Assembly (NCBI RefSeq): GCF_021028975.2 | Contig: NC_059434.1 | Coordinates: 61,008,001-61,072,000 of the forward strand | DNA: 64,000 bases | DNA from: Sphaerodactylus townsendi | Taxonomy: Eukaryota | Direction of reading: 5' to 3' | In this document: piece by piece, positions 1 through 12,865 of the stretch | Numbering within the stretch: position 1 is the first letter of the stretch | Layout: every line of letters starts with the position of its first letter | Notes under the pieces: generated by a model | Told to the model about the DNA's origin: nothing | What the model saw: only the letters and a program-made list of their open reading frames with translations | The model's database searches: none | Program-made: the position numbers and the translations under genes

Positions 1-99
1 ATAAAAGTGAAATTGACATTTGCTTGCCAAGAAGCCCTACCTGCTTGCCAAAGATTCAGAGAAACTATGGGGTAGGATTAGGACCACTGAAGTTGAAAT

Positions 100-288
100 T
101 AGGGTTGCCTGCTCCAGGTTAAGAATACCGGGAGATTTTGGCGGTAGAGGCTTAGGATGGTGAGGTTTGGGGAGGGGAGTCTACCTTCCAAAGCAGCCAT
201 TTTCTCCAGGCGAACTGATCTCTGTTGCCAGGAGCTCAGTTATAATATTGGGAGGTCACCAGCCACCACCTGGACGTTGGCAACCATA
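100..288. mobile_element. Short non-autonomous DNA element (hAT-like, TAGGGTTGCC termini)
   Basis: Termini tagggttgcc...ggcaaccata. The same body recurs at about 9979-10087, 38890-39071, 46517-46690 and 59510-59720. Confidence 0.65.
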
Positions 289-957
289 GCTGCTGTTCAA
301 AATATTTTCTCTCCATAAACAACTCAGTTGAACCAATCAAAATGCAGATGGTCAAAAGCCAAACCATGGCATCTCAGTGCCATTATTTACCTGAAAGGAA
401 GGCCAGCTTCCCCTCCCACCCAACTTACGTACTACAGAAAAAGAGCAGGCATTCTAAATTTGTACACAAGGTACAGCTACACAGTATCTTTCATGAATAA
501 TCTATTTTCAGGAGCAACCATCTTACATGGGGGGGAGCCTTCCTGTTTGCGGAAATAGGACATCCATCATCGATCCATTTGGTGCCATTTTTAATTCTCC
601 TCAGCAGCCCCTCAAAATACCTGGCAGAAAAACAAGTGGGGAGCATCCTGCTAGCTAGCATTGTAGGATGAGTATGCTCTCATTTGCTCTGCTCACTGGT
701 ACTTAAAGCCTGGACCTTTAAGTCCAAAGTCCTTTGGCTCTTGGTCTGAAGGTTGTAGCTTAGAGCTGCGTGAGACATGGAAGACAGAAGGAAGATCTGT
801 TTGGCACTTAAGAGACCTTCCTCCCTATTCACTGTTCATTGCTCTTGTGTTTTGCAACGTATTGTAGGACACTCTGGAGATAAAAGTGGGATATAAACTT
901 TAACCCACAGACCATAAGAAAAACATTATTATTTTTTCATTCTGTCCCTGGCTTAAA

Positions 958-1001
958 CTTGATTAAGGAAATGCTCATTCTTGATTAAGGAAATGCTCAT
1001 T
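958..1001. repeat. Tandem duplication, 2 x 22 bp
   Basis: cttgattaaggaaatgctcatt twice. Confidence 0.9.
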
Positions 1002-1114
1002 GCAAGGCCTTCTTGAGTTGTCTTGTTCAGAACTCCAGATTTGAAGCCAAGCCCTCTAATATTCCACTTTAATCCATGAATTCATGCAGTTCCAGTACAT
1101 AAAAACAGACTTAC

Positions 1115-1165
1115 CATAGGCCCTGGTGGACCATGTGGGCCAGGAGATCCTGGTGGTCCTATAAT
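1115..1165 (-). CDS. COL25A1: COL25A1 exon, IIGPPGSPGPHGPPGPM
   Basis: 51 nt, aatag/ATT...ATG/gtaagt. Confidence 0.96.
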
Positions 1166-1239
1166 CTATTCATTAAAAATAATATAATTAATTCATGTTG
1201 ACACTGGTTCCTTTACTGAATTGTTATACCTATCCATTC

Positions 1240-1986
1240 CTGGCAGAAAATAGTGAAGGGTTGAAACGACTACTGATAAGGTTAAAGCAGAAAGTGTCAA
1301 AGCAGAATTACAACTGAACATCAACAAGACAAAAGTAATGACTAGTGGGGAGTTACACAACTTTAAAGGTGCTGATGAAGAAATTGAAATTGTTCAAGAT
1401 TTTCACATTCTTGGCTCCACCATCAACTGAAAGGGAGGCTGAAACCAAGAAATCAGAAAGAGATTGAGACTAAGCAGGAAAGCCATGAAGGAGCTAGAAA
1501 AGGTTCTTAAATGTAAAGATGGGTCACTGGAATCAAGATTAAGTTCATTCATGCTACAGTATTGTCTATTACTATGTATGGATGTGAAAATTGGACACTG
1601 AAGAAATCTGACAGGAAGAAAGTAGATTCCTTTGAAATGTGGTGTTGGAGGAAAATTACAGATACTGTGGTCTGCCAAAAAATATTTAAAAAGCTGGTTC
1701 TAGATCAAATCAAGCCTGAACTGACCCAAGCAGCTAAAATTACTAAACTGAGACAGTCATACTTTGGTCATATTATGGGAAGACAAGAATCACTGGAAAA
1801 GACAATAATGCCAGGAAAAGTTGAAGGCAGTAGGAAATGAGGAAGTCTCAACATTAGATGGATTGGCTCTATAAAGGAAACCTTAGCTCTCAGATGGCAA
1901 GACCTGGGCAAGGCTGTTAAAGATAGGACACTAATTCCTAGGCTCACCATAAGGGTTGACTTGACAACACTTACACACACACACAC
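1240..1986 (+). mobile_element. 5'-truncated RTE/Bov-B-type LINE
   Basis: Degenerate RT C-terminus YGCENWTLKKSDRKKVDSFEMWCWR...YFGHIMGRQESLEKTIMPGKVEG, typical of RTE ORFs; (CA)n tail. Confidence 0.85.
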
Positions 1987-2351
1987 CCTTGAAAAACTTC
2001 ATCTGCAAGTATTCAGTACTTAAAAAAACATAAAAGTATCCCATGTCAGAATATTTTATAACAACTTACATTATCCCTATAAACAACATTTATTATAATA
2101 CTTACATATATATTGGTCAAAACTGATTTTTCCCAGTTAAGGGGATGGAAGTAAATACCTGGATAACTACTGTCAGCACCTGAAAACTTGAGGTTTGCAT
2201 CAGTCATGCTCTATCATTCCTTTGTATCATACTAGTTATGTCTGAATGTTGGTATTTATGAAGACCCCCCTAGTGGTCTTTATGAAAGATGGGATTGGAG
2301 AACCAGCAGTATACATTAACACATGCACGGAAATAGAATGACAAGACTTAC

Positions 2352-2414
2352 AGAAGGACCTTGAGGACCTGGCAAGCCAACATCTCCTTTGTCTCCTTTC
2401 ATACCGTTGGATCC
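2352..2414 (-). CDS. COL25A1: COL25A1 exon, GSNGMKGDKGDVGLPGPQGPS
   Basis: 63 nt, tgtag/GGA...TCT/gtaagt. Confidence 0.96.
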
Positions 2415-3305
2415 CTACAAGATCATTACTGAGTTACTGAACAACACTTTCCTCCTGTCACCTTAGGCATTTTTAATTGACAGCTCAATTTCATGACATC
2501 ACTTTCATTCATAGATGCCCTTTGATAAGTAGAAGGCACTTCTGCTCTCCTAAGGGGCAAACATTGTGCAGCTTCTTGCTTCAGACACACTATACCCCAT
2601 GCAGTTCCAACAGAGTCACCAGCTTTGAGGAGCAACTTCTTGGATGGCGTTAAGGGACTGCAGAAGACAGATGGTGGTGGAAGGATCTGTTTCATGTGTG
2701 GGGCTGTTCTCAGTCCTTTGGATCCAACCCATGTTGTATTTTGCTTCATATCACGACTCAAGAGCACTTAATGCTTTTTCAGGATATATTTGCAGTGGCT
2801 ATATTTGCAGTATGTTATGTCTGTACAGCGAAACTTAAATATCAAATAGATGGAAATACTTTATGTGGAAGTATTTTCAGGATCATTTTTTCCACAATTT
2901 TTCACATTTTGTCATGAATACAGACACTGAGCTCAATCTAGCCAGTCTAGAAGGAACAACTGGATTTCTAAGTCATCATCGTGCTCATTTCCACACCGAA
3001 CATCTTGTGGGCACAGAAATTGATCAGCAAAGCTGCCTTGTGAGTTCAGTCCTCATAGGACTGCCACGTACACTGGCTTCTGTTTCCTATGTGCATGGAA
3101 TCCCATGGGGATTCTGCTCCAACAGAACAGTTTTTCTCATAGACACAATACTTTCATAGTATACAAAACAGCACTGCTAGATTAAAAGAACAGCAGATAA
3201 TTATACAGCATGTAATTACTGCAGAGAAAAATAGAGAATAATCTGCATAAAAGTTTAAGAAAGATTTTTCCTTCAAGTTCCAAGTTTTTTTTAAAATAAA
3301 CTTAC

Positions 3306-3386
3306 TGGCAATCCTGGAAGTCCAATCCCTCCTTTTTCTCCTAGTATTCCGGGGTCACCCACATCCCCCTTTGAGCCTTTAGGTCC
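3306..3386 (-). CDS. COL25A1: COL25A1 exon, GPKGSKGDVGDPGILGEKGGIGLPGLP
   Basis: 81 nt, tttag/GGA...CCA/gtaagt. Confidence 0.96.
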
Positions 3387-3678
3387 CTAAAAAAACACAT
3401 CACCAACATGCGAATTAACCCTACATTTCTGGAAGATTAAAAATTATCCCTGCAATAAAAACCACACAGTACATTCAGCAACATCTTTGAGTTAATGATT
3501 AGTTATCAAGAAAATAATTCTGGTTGTGTTAAAATATCATTTTTTATTCTTAAACAAACTATTTTATATTTATTATCTTGGTGCATTTTATTTCAGTTTT
3601 TTGCATCATTTCTCTGGTCTGCAGGAAGGAGGAGGATGAAAAGAATAAAAGATGAAGGAGGAGGAGAAGTTCACGTAC

Positions 3679-3723
3679 CTGCTCCCCATCAGCACCTGGG
3701 ATTCCTGGGGCTCCAGGCTCACC
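3679..3723 (-). CDS. COL25A1: COL25A1 exon, GEPGAPGIPGADGEQ
   Basis: 45 nt, ttcag/GGT...CAG/gtacgt. Confidence 0.95.
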
Positions 3724-4437
3724 CTGAAACAGGAACATCCGTCTCTGTTAGTTTTGCAATGTTACTTGAACGTCGGTACAGCTTTCTGGATCAGACCACT
3801 GGTCTATCTTGCCATATTTCCCCAAGAATCTTCATATTTTGAATAGAACAGTGTGAGAACTTCCCAATAAAAGCAGAAGCTCCCTTGCCTACCTGAAGAT
3901 TCCAAATCACACTTCTGACGACACCAGAGAAATTAATGAACTGAATCAGCTAAATAATAGTCTCCTATGTGAGCAAAGTGTCATCAAGTTGCAGCTGACT
4001 TATGGCAACCCCAACAAGAAGTTTTCAAGGCAAGTGATTGCCTTCCTCTGCAGAGTCCTCCTCGGAGGTTGCCCTTTCAAGTGCCGATCCAGCTTAGCTG
4101 GACTATATCCCATAGTCTGATGAGTTTGTGGAAATTCTTGGACATGCATCTGAGAGTTCACAACTTATCTCTTCTATAGAATTAATTATAGTTATTTCCA
4201 TTTCCCATCATTTATGCAACATGACATTTTCTTTAGGTAAAGGTGCTATGGGGGCCTACTGTTGAAATAAATACTTGTTCTTGTCTTAAACTGAACACCA
4301 CAAAACTCTTGGAAGATCGTAACCAGATAATAGCAGACATTTCTCACTTCCTTGTGAAACTTCCTTGGTATGATTTATACGTATATGTGGGTTTTTTAAA
4401 AAATTCATAGCTACATGAGTAAGACTTAGATGCCCAC

Positions 4438-4482
4438 CTTTGACCCTTGGAATCCCTGGGGTCCCGGAGGGCCAGGAGGACC
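4438..4482 (-). CDS. COL25A1: COL25A1 exon, [15 protein letters not shown]
   Basis: 45 nt, tttag/GGT...AAG/gtgggc. Confidence 0.95.
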
Positions 4483-4621
4483 CTAAAGACAAAAAACACA
4501 CCAGCACTTAGTCTAGGACCATCCATATAAGTGAAGAAGTTTGCCAGACAAATATATCCCAATCTATGTTAATAACAAAGCCCACAAGACTATGTATAAA
4601 AATTATCAAGAACCAACGAAA

Positions 4622-5292
4622 GTCCGTTCCACACAGCACAAATAAGATGTTCTGAGGACCTTAAAAATGCCACCTTGGGAATGAATTCCACATAGCTCTC
4701 CCCCCAATATGTTTTCAGGACACCTTATTTCAGCTCAAAGTGTCTTTCTGAAAATGCTTTGAAGTGCACCTTTTTTTCTTACGGCGCCTGCAAGACGCCC
4801 CCTGCCTGGCTGTGTGGGATGCAGAGCTCAGGAGGCATTTTAATCCCCCCCCCCCTTTCGTTCTCTGGCCAGTTTCACCCTCTGCTTGCGCCTGACATTT
4901 TGTGTGCTGCTGAAGGGACTCTGCCTGCCTCCATTTGCTGAAGGTTGCCTCGGGAAGTCTGCTCTGTAGGCTCCGATCCTGGGAAATAGGAAAACTATAT
5001 ATTGCTGGAATTGGCAGGAAGAGCTGAGTACAACTATGTACTTTTTGGACTGAAAAGGTGCCCAGGATTGGAGACTGCAGAGCAAGCATCCTGGGGCATC
5101 CTTCAGCAAATGAAGCAGGGAGAATCCCTCCACCAGCACACAAAATGTCAAGCACAAAGTGACCAGAGCGCAATGCAGTTGGGTAGGAAAAAGCCACTTT
5201 CCCACTCTGATGCCTTTGCTGTCCAGAACCGAACCAGCAACCGCCTTGTCTTAAGACATGCCCTTTAAATCTTATTTTGGGTGTGCAGAGTG
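4622..5292. mobile_element. Degenerate TIR (Harbinger-like) foldback element
   Basis: Imperfect terminal inverted repeats and a ~97-bp internal inverted repeat (4886-4983 vs 5061-5157). Confidence 0.6.
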
Positions 5293-6851
5293 AAAAGAAG
5301 CAGTTGCCTCTTTTTAAGATCTCCAGCAGATGACTTTTTGGTGCTGTGTGGAAAAGACCAATATTTAAGACAATTATCTATGGACAGACAGCACAGGGCT
5401 ACAAAGATTACACTGGGTAGTAACGTTTTTAAACAAGACAAGACACTATCAAAGACAGTGCCAAAACATCTATTGACAGTCTAGCGGCTAAACATTGTAG
5501 CATACTGAAAAACACAAACAGGTAGTTCATTCGGCTTTGAAGGGGCAGTCAATCCAAAGGCCACTGAGTATACAGTGGGCACCTTTAAATTGCCACAAGT
5601 ATCAGTTCTCTGCCCATAGTTAACCTGTCAAGCCTGGCATTTATAGTAGTTCACAATGACTTGAAACTAGCCCCTTTTCTGTTTTAACATAAAGTCACAG
5701 CTAATTTCAATGAATGCAGCTGCTTTCTATTGTGTCAGACTATTTGGTTTATCTAGCTTAGTACCGACTCTCCAAGATTTTAGGCTAAGATCCCCGCCCC
5801 CATCCCAAGTCTTGCAATCTGGAATCCTCTTGAAGGGCCAGGGAATGAACCTGAGACCTTTTGCAAGAAAAGCATGTTTCAGAGATTAGACCCTTCTTAA
5901 AATTGCACATTAACTACCACAAAACAGTAGTAAACCTGAACGCAGACCAATACTTATCCGCAGTTCCATGCAACACACATAATGCCTCTTTACTGTTTTG
6001 AATTTTGACTGCAAGGAAATGCCATAAAAACATCTGCCCAAATGGCAAAACATGGAAACTCTCGAAACAATGACCTTATAAGAAACAAGGAAGAAACTGA
6101 GAAGTATTTATAGTTCAATGTATTGTCAAAGGTATTAAACTTTGCATGAAGAATCTTTGATCCTAGAATGTCTCTGTTAACAAGAGCAAAGGCCAGAAAA
6201 GCCCAAGTTCAGCATGGCAGGTTAGAGCTGAAGGCAGTGTGAAATTTTCAACTTGCTAAACTGAAATTTTCTTTTCCAATGTTTACCACATCTGGAATTA
6301 ATGAACCTTATTGACTCTGAGCAGAAATAAAGGTATTTTTTACAGGAAGATATTCCATTTGACATCACAGCTCAAGATGCAGTTCACAAATCATTTACAC
6401 CTGAATTACCTACATCCTAATGAATTGTACTACATGAATTTAAGACTATTCTGGAATAAGTGCAGATTGCATCTTCTAAGATAGAACTGTTCTACACAAC
6501 GTAACTTAAAAAGAAACCATTCAGGAAAATGACATTACAGACTAATTCACCAGTTTTTGCACACAAAATGCTCCTACAGTTATAAAATGTTTACAGTGCT
6601 AACAAAAGATTCAATTCCTTTCTCCTAGCAACATCAATGGAAGCTTCACTATTAATTTTAATAGAAGCCAAACTGCAGTCCTAGTTTTCAACAATACATC
6701 CATTCACAATACTGGGTGCAAAAATGTATAATGTGATAATCAGGGTCAATAACTGACGAACAAAGACACATTCTAAATCAGAAGAGTTATGAACATGCAA
6801 CACCACAGAAAAACAACTCCAAAGCACTATATGTCATGCAATAGGAATTAC

Positions 6852-6875
6852 CGTGACAGTTAGGGTGGTAATCCT
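6852..6875 (-). CDS. COL25A1: COL25A1 NC3 microexon, RITTLTVT
   Basis: 24 nt, aacag/AGG...ACG/gtaatt; matches the human peptide as recalled. Confidence 0.93.
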
Positions 6876-8906
6876 CTGTTGGCAAAATGTATTAACAGAA
6901 GACAATGTTACCAGATGTGCAGTTCGAAATAAAATACTTTGCTTGTCTGATAATGGATTTCACAGAATTTGGGGGCAGTCTGGGAGAAACAGTTGAACAT
7001 CTCAGAGAAATAAAATTAAAAGAAGATCTGTATTTTAAACCCCATGAAGTTTAATCGATTGTTTTAGTTTGAATTTTAAAAAAATTAGATCAGTCCATAA
7101 AGTTTTATGCTTGTAAAAAGGGAATCATTGCACTGTAAATAATACACCCGTAACCGACAAACTAATTAAACCAGAGATCTTGGAAAGAGAGGTTTAAATA
7201 ATAAAAGTATAAATAAAAGTACTTTGTAAGCTTGTCAGCATGCATATTTTTTTACTATTACAGAACAAAACTATTAGAGCATTCTTGAAATTACCACAGG
7301 ATTTCAGCTGTATCAACAGAAGCAGACTCTGAAGGTGATTCACTGGCCACTTAATTAATACAGTCTTAAAGAAACACCAAAAAATTTATAGCTGGGATGG
7401 GTATCAGTATCACTTGCACATAATACTCCACACATGGCTAAAAGGGGGCGGGGGTTACATTGCGAGTCTGTCATTCTGCTTATTACTACACTGACAGGCT
7501 CAATGAAAGACACAACTAACCAGACCCCTGAGAAGCAAAATGTAGATGGTTTTTATTCATTCACTGTGGTTATGCTAGTAAACAGAGGAAACAGTATTTA
7601 CAATGCTGATTATGGGTAACTATTTCACTGCACAGTGAACCATCATCCTAAGTTTATTTCATTTATGGTAGTTGATCATCAAGAGTATCAGAATAAAACC
7701 ATAAACTTGGAAGCTTTCTTTGACAAATGATTTTTCATAGGGCAGTACATTTGATTAATTTCATTTGAAGGGGAATAAAAGAATGAAGTACCCTACAGTG
7801 CTGTTCTGTTTACTTTTCGGGGGGGGGGGACCGCTTAAAAAGGGGATCTCTGGACTGAGAAGATGGCCTCTGGTCTTGTGTAGGAACTACAAGTAAATTT
7901 ATTTCACATCTGGAGCAGCCGCTCACCAGTAAGTATCCTTATTAAGCTTTGTATTCTTTCTATCTGGCACAGATTTCTATGCTGCTGAATGAAAATGACT
8001 TATTCTCCAATGACTCGTGTAACAAAATAGAAAGAAGCCCCCAAAGGAACTGCAAAAGCAACATCTTGCAAAATTCCACTTGTTTTGTGGTTTATTTCCA
8101 ATGTTTTCAAGTACATGTCTAGGAGAACAGGCTTCTTGTGAGGAACAATGCCAATTCCAACTTGAAACAGTGTTCCAAGAAGCTAAACAGCTGCCAAACT
8201 CTGAATTTTCCTGTATTTGAATGGGAACTGATTAATGTCAGAACCTGTAACACTTGGAGAAAAGTAGGAGATTTCTTCCTAAATTTTCTTCTTCATAAAT
8301 TGGGTTGGCATCTCCAAGACCTGGTTCTTAGGATGTAAGTATATATTACACAGCCTTTGTGTTAAGTCAGGGTCTGATGCAAGGACTTTCTAACAAGCAT
8401 GCACTGTTTCCCCCACTGGGAACTCAATTCTCAGGTTGCAGGGCCCTGATTTTGGTCAGAAATCCAATGCAAGGGAAGAGGGTTCTTAAGGCCCTCTGCC
8501 CTGTTTTCCTTACCTGAAAAACTTGGGGAAGGGTACTATTTGCCCCACTGAGGAAACTTACACTTACCCCAAGGAGGGACATAACACGTGTCAGAGTTAT
8601 TTAAAAATATCCTATGGATATTCCACTAATGGGAAACAAGCAAGCTTGCTAGATTCCCTTCTTCACTACCATGCCCTGACTTGTGTGCCTTTTTGTTTGT
8701 GAAAATCTTCCAGCCCCAAGCACATTTTTACTGATCAAAGAGGGCTGTCACAGAAAAAGGGAAGGCAGGAAAGATCCACTTGTGCCAGTCAGACATCAGT
8801 AGGATACAACCATATTCATGCACAGATCCTGCTCATGAGACAGGATGTTTTCTTTCATATTCCAACAGAGGAAAGAAATCCATCATGTGCGTCTCTGATC
8901 ACATAC

Positions 8907-8984
8907 CTGTAAGGCTTCATGGATGTTGCCATTGTAGTCGATGATTTCTGTGGAACCTTGGTCGCCTTTTTGTCCAGGTGGGCC
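8907..8984 (-). CDS. COL25A1: COL25A1 exon, GPPGQKGDQGSTEIIDYNGNIHEALQ (COL2/NC3 boundary)
   Basis: 78 nt, tgcag/GGC...CAG/gtatgt. Confidence 0.97.
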
Positions 8985-9836
8985 CTGCAACATATTCACC
9001 CCATTCCCAAAGTCCCACAACGTTAGATGAATCAAGAGTGCAGTATACAAATAAATGACAACCTAATCTGAGAAAAATAAACATTATTGCCTAATGCAGA
9101 TTTTGCTTTTGCTCCATTACAGAAATGGCACCTGCTATAACGGAATTAGATGTTTTGATGCTAATCTGGAAACCCTCTTTTTAAAAAATGCTGCTTAAAT
9201 GCTATTTATTTCACTATTTCCCCAAAATACCAGAATCAAGCTCATCTACTACATACATGTGACTGGTACAAGACCTTTTTTCAAGAATATATTAATGGGT
9301 ACCACATTCTGATGGTCATTCTGAAAAGTTGGCACTGACTGTTGAGGAAGATTTAGTACAGATGAGTTTTATTCAACACTCTCTGTGGCAATAGATTTTT
9401 TCAGGCTGACAGTGACAACATTATAAATAATGGAATTAGCTTTCTTAGTAGCCTAAAGGTCAGCTTGCAAAATCAAGACAAAAGCCAATTTTTAGTACTC
9501 TAAAATCAATGCTGCTGTGCTTGTGCAGCGTAGTGGCCATGAAACTGAAGGAATCAAGAAATCTCTAGTTTGCCATTGCTGTGAACTTACTAGGAGGCCT
9601 TAAGGATGACACTGAAACTCAGACCCTGAAACATGTAAAAGTCATACCTTCCTACATCCCTCACAAGGCTTTTTAAACTACTTAAGATTAGTTTAATCTG
9701 TAGCCACATAACCTAAACCACAATAAACCTCCAGGCAGAGAACGAGGGCAACAAGGTGTACTAATATAATACATCAACACTATATGTGATATTGAAACAC
9801 AAAAAGTAACTCTAAGCTAAAATAGTAGTCACTTAC

Positions 9837-9881
9837 CTTTGGACCTATAGCACCCAAATCACCTTTATCTCCAAGATCACC
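9837..9881 (-). CDS. COL25A1: COL25A1 exon, GDLGDKGDLGAIGPK
   Basis: 45 nt, tatag/GGT...AAG/gtaagt. Confidence 0.95.
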
Positions 9882-10467
9882 CTATAAAAAAAAAAAGGAA
9901 TCACTGGTTAACAAGTATACATTTTATAAATATTACATATTATAAAAGGGAAAACAATTGGAACCACAAGTCTGTAAGTAGGGTTGCCAACCTCCAGGTA
10001 AGGCTTGGTGATCTCCTGGAATTATAACTGATCTCTAGATGACACAGATCAGATCCCCTGGAGAAAACAGCAACATTGGAGGGTGAAGCCTACCAAGTTG
10101 GCCATCATGACATCCTGTGGCAGCATGTTCTACAGTTTAACTAAGCAGTTTAGTTTCAGGGGATGACCATGGGTTCTAGTATATCGGTAGATGGAGAAAA
10201 GCTCTGAAATATATCAGCAGCACCCCCCAGCAAATAACATATCCTGAGTGTTTCCCCTAAAACAAAAGAGCAGGTAGCAAAACAGACTATTGGTTGACAG
10301 AGGAAAGGCCAAGTGGGAAAGTCAAAGCTGAAGTTCTAGGTTGCACAAATCTATGGCAAATTATTTATTGTACGTAAAAAAGCCTTCTGCCTAGTATTTA
10401 ATTTTACCATTCATATTATCACCAAGTCATATTAAACCAATAAAACCAAAACTCGCTTACTACTGAC

Positions 10468-10512
10468 CTTTGACCCCTTTGGGCCTCTGGCTCCAGATTC
10501 GCCTGACTTCCC
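10468..10512 (-). CDS. COL25A1: COL25A1 exon, GKSGESGARGPKGSK
   Basis: 45 nt, tgcag/GGG...AAG/gtcagt. Confidence 0.95.
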
Positions 10513-11521
10513 CTGCATCATGAAAAGGCATACAAAATGGATAGGAGAAATGAAGACAGAGACAGGAAAGAGTTGAGCAAAAGGAATTAGTATTGGCTTT
10601 CGCCCTTATCTTAAAACGACTACTGGTATAAATCTACAAAACAGACATGAATGAAGTCACAGAAATACTAAATGATTTAGTATTAATGCATGTAGGTTAT
10701 AATAGCATGTTCACTACAGCAGATTGAAAGGAAAGTTCAGATTGTAAAAGATCGATGGAGGCTCCATGGAAATCTCTTGAGGATTCCTCCTGAAATAGGC
10801 CACTGGGTCCCTGCTGCTATGATCAAGGTTTGCCATCTGATATGCCATTGCAAATGCTGTGTTTGGAGCACTTGTGTGACAAATGTCTGCACTTGAGTTG
10901 ATTTCCATGGACGGGGAAGCCAATATGGACAGGCTGTTTAAGTGACCACCATGAATTCAGCCATATGCTCATCACTCATTCACATTGGCCAAAGTATTCA
11001 GATGAACCCAGGGACTTAATATCATAGAGTTCCCCCTGTTCAAATTCTGGTAATTTTTTCTGTGTGCTTCCCATATAACTGTGCAATTAATGATTATGTG
11101 AATGTTTTGGTATCTGTCAGACCATTCAGATAAATGACATTCTTCTGTATATAATAAGTAAGCAAAGACTACTGTATTGGAAAATTAATATTCTTATAAG
11201 ATTAGGAATAAGGGTGAAAATAAATGTTCGCTAAACTTGAGAAGTTGCAAAGACCAGCACTTCAAAATACAGTCCTGCCTTGACACACCTGCATGTGTCC
11301 TATTGATTTCAATCTTACAGTTATGAATAAGAAACTTTGTGTAGGTTTGTATTCTTCAGTATTCATAAAGAGTTCCTGATAGGACTGCTACAAATTTAAT
11401 TCCTTTTAGAATGCACTATAAATCACACTGGCATTTACTTCAACCAGTTTACTTCAACCACATATGCCAGATACTTTTATTAAAAGCATGCTGCATATTT
11501 TCAATGTTAAACTTGACTAAC

Positions 11522-11590
11522 CTTTGGCCCTGGAACTCCTGGTTCACCTCGTTCACCTTTCTCAGGAGGACCTGTATCTCCCTTGTCACC
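11522..11590 (-). CDS. COL25A1: COL25A1 exon, GDKGDTGPPEKGERGEPGVPGPK
   Basis: 69 nt, gatag/GGT...AAG/gttagt. Confidence 0.95.
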
Positions 11591-12775
11591 CTATCACAAA
11601 CCACAGCACGCACATACACAGAGAGAAGTATTAAGAACACTGGTACCTTTTCATATGGAACCACACAGTTAAAGAGGATCAAGCATAATTCAGGTTGACA
11701 ACTGATAAGCATAACACAATCGTAATTTTTCTCCTTGGTAACTATAGAAGTGATGCACTGCTATTTACATTTCAGCTGTCAATACTGCATTACTGTGAAG
11801 CACTGAGGATTAAATAACAATTCAAAGTATAGAAATAAGGGGGAGAAAGATCAAGCTTCTCATTTTTACAGCGTCATAATCATGATTTTGTAACATTTGT
11901 TCTTAATTCTGATAATTTATCACAGACTGGTCTCTGGATTATTCATCCTGTTTTCAAGGTAGGCAAATCCCTAAATGTTTTTGCCATCTGAAATACTGAA
12001 ATTGGATTGCATCAGTTAAATATGTAAGTAACAGAGGAAGGAAATACTGATGGAAGATTATTCATTAATTTTCTGAATGGAAGCTAATGGCCCCCAGGCT
12101 AACCTAGGACCTGTTCGAGGCCTGTGGGGGGAGGCATAGAGGGTGGCGATGTCTGTGGCTTCTTGCTGTGGGGACCAGTGGTGGGACTGTTAATGGCTGG
12201 AGAGTCTGCTGTGCAAGTACAGGCCTCTCTCTGCCTCCCTGGCCATTTTGGACCCGCACTTCCAGCCAATTGGGCTCAGCCTGGACTGGTCAGGAGGTAG
12301 GGTTCTGGGTCAGCTGATTTCCCTGGGGGGGTTCCCCCTCTGCATGTCCAGCTCAGATACTGGTGGTCACACCTCTGAGTCAGCCTCATTTAGGCGGATT
12401 CCAAATGGGCCAAAAACAGTGTGTGAAAACAATGTAAAATGGTTTAAAATGGCGTAAAGGGATTTACACTGATTTCACACCACTGTTCTTGGCCCTTGAG
12501 GAATCCACCTTAGCTTCATGGCCTTTTCTCTCCCATCTCTCCCTCTATGAGTAGTTTTTTGATGATGGTTATGTCCGGATTCTCCTTGTGTTTGAGGCCA
12601 TAATTTGAAATCAGTAAACCAGTCTGGAAATGTGGATGCCTCTAACCTCTCTCAATAAAAAAGGAACAGAAAATACAGAGGCATCATTATTAAGTACATT
12701 CCCAGCAAAAATAAAGATGTTAACTAAATTAATGTAGAAATCTGAAAAAAAGCTTGAAGTGTTGTGAGGGAGACA

Positions 12776-12865
12776 ATAACAACTTATCACAGGCATAATT
12801 CTTCCATAACAACTTATCACAGGCATAATTCTTCCATAACAACTTATCACAGGCATAATTCTTCC
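12776..12865. repeat. Perfect tandem repeat, 3 x 30 bp
   Basis: ataacaacttatcacaggcataattcttcc three times. Confidence 0.95.

Noticed and set aside
697-750. Candidate next collagen exon before 1115
   Set aside because: A donor-like gtgagc is present, but there is no Gly-X-Y frame or expected GPHGLPGPK peptide. The next exon is presumably outside the window.
4117-4137. CTGATGA...GAAA hammerhead-like motif
   Set aside because: The intervening GTTTGTG cannot form stem II, and there is no supporting stem I or III.
12776-12865. CRISPR-like 30-bp repeats
   Set aside because: No spacers, no cas genes, and the context is a vertebrate intron.
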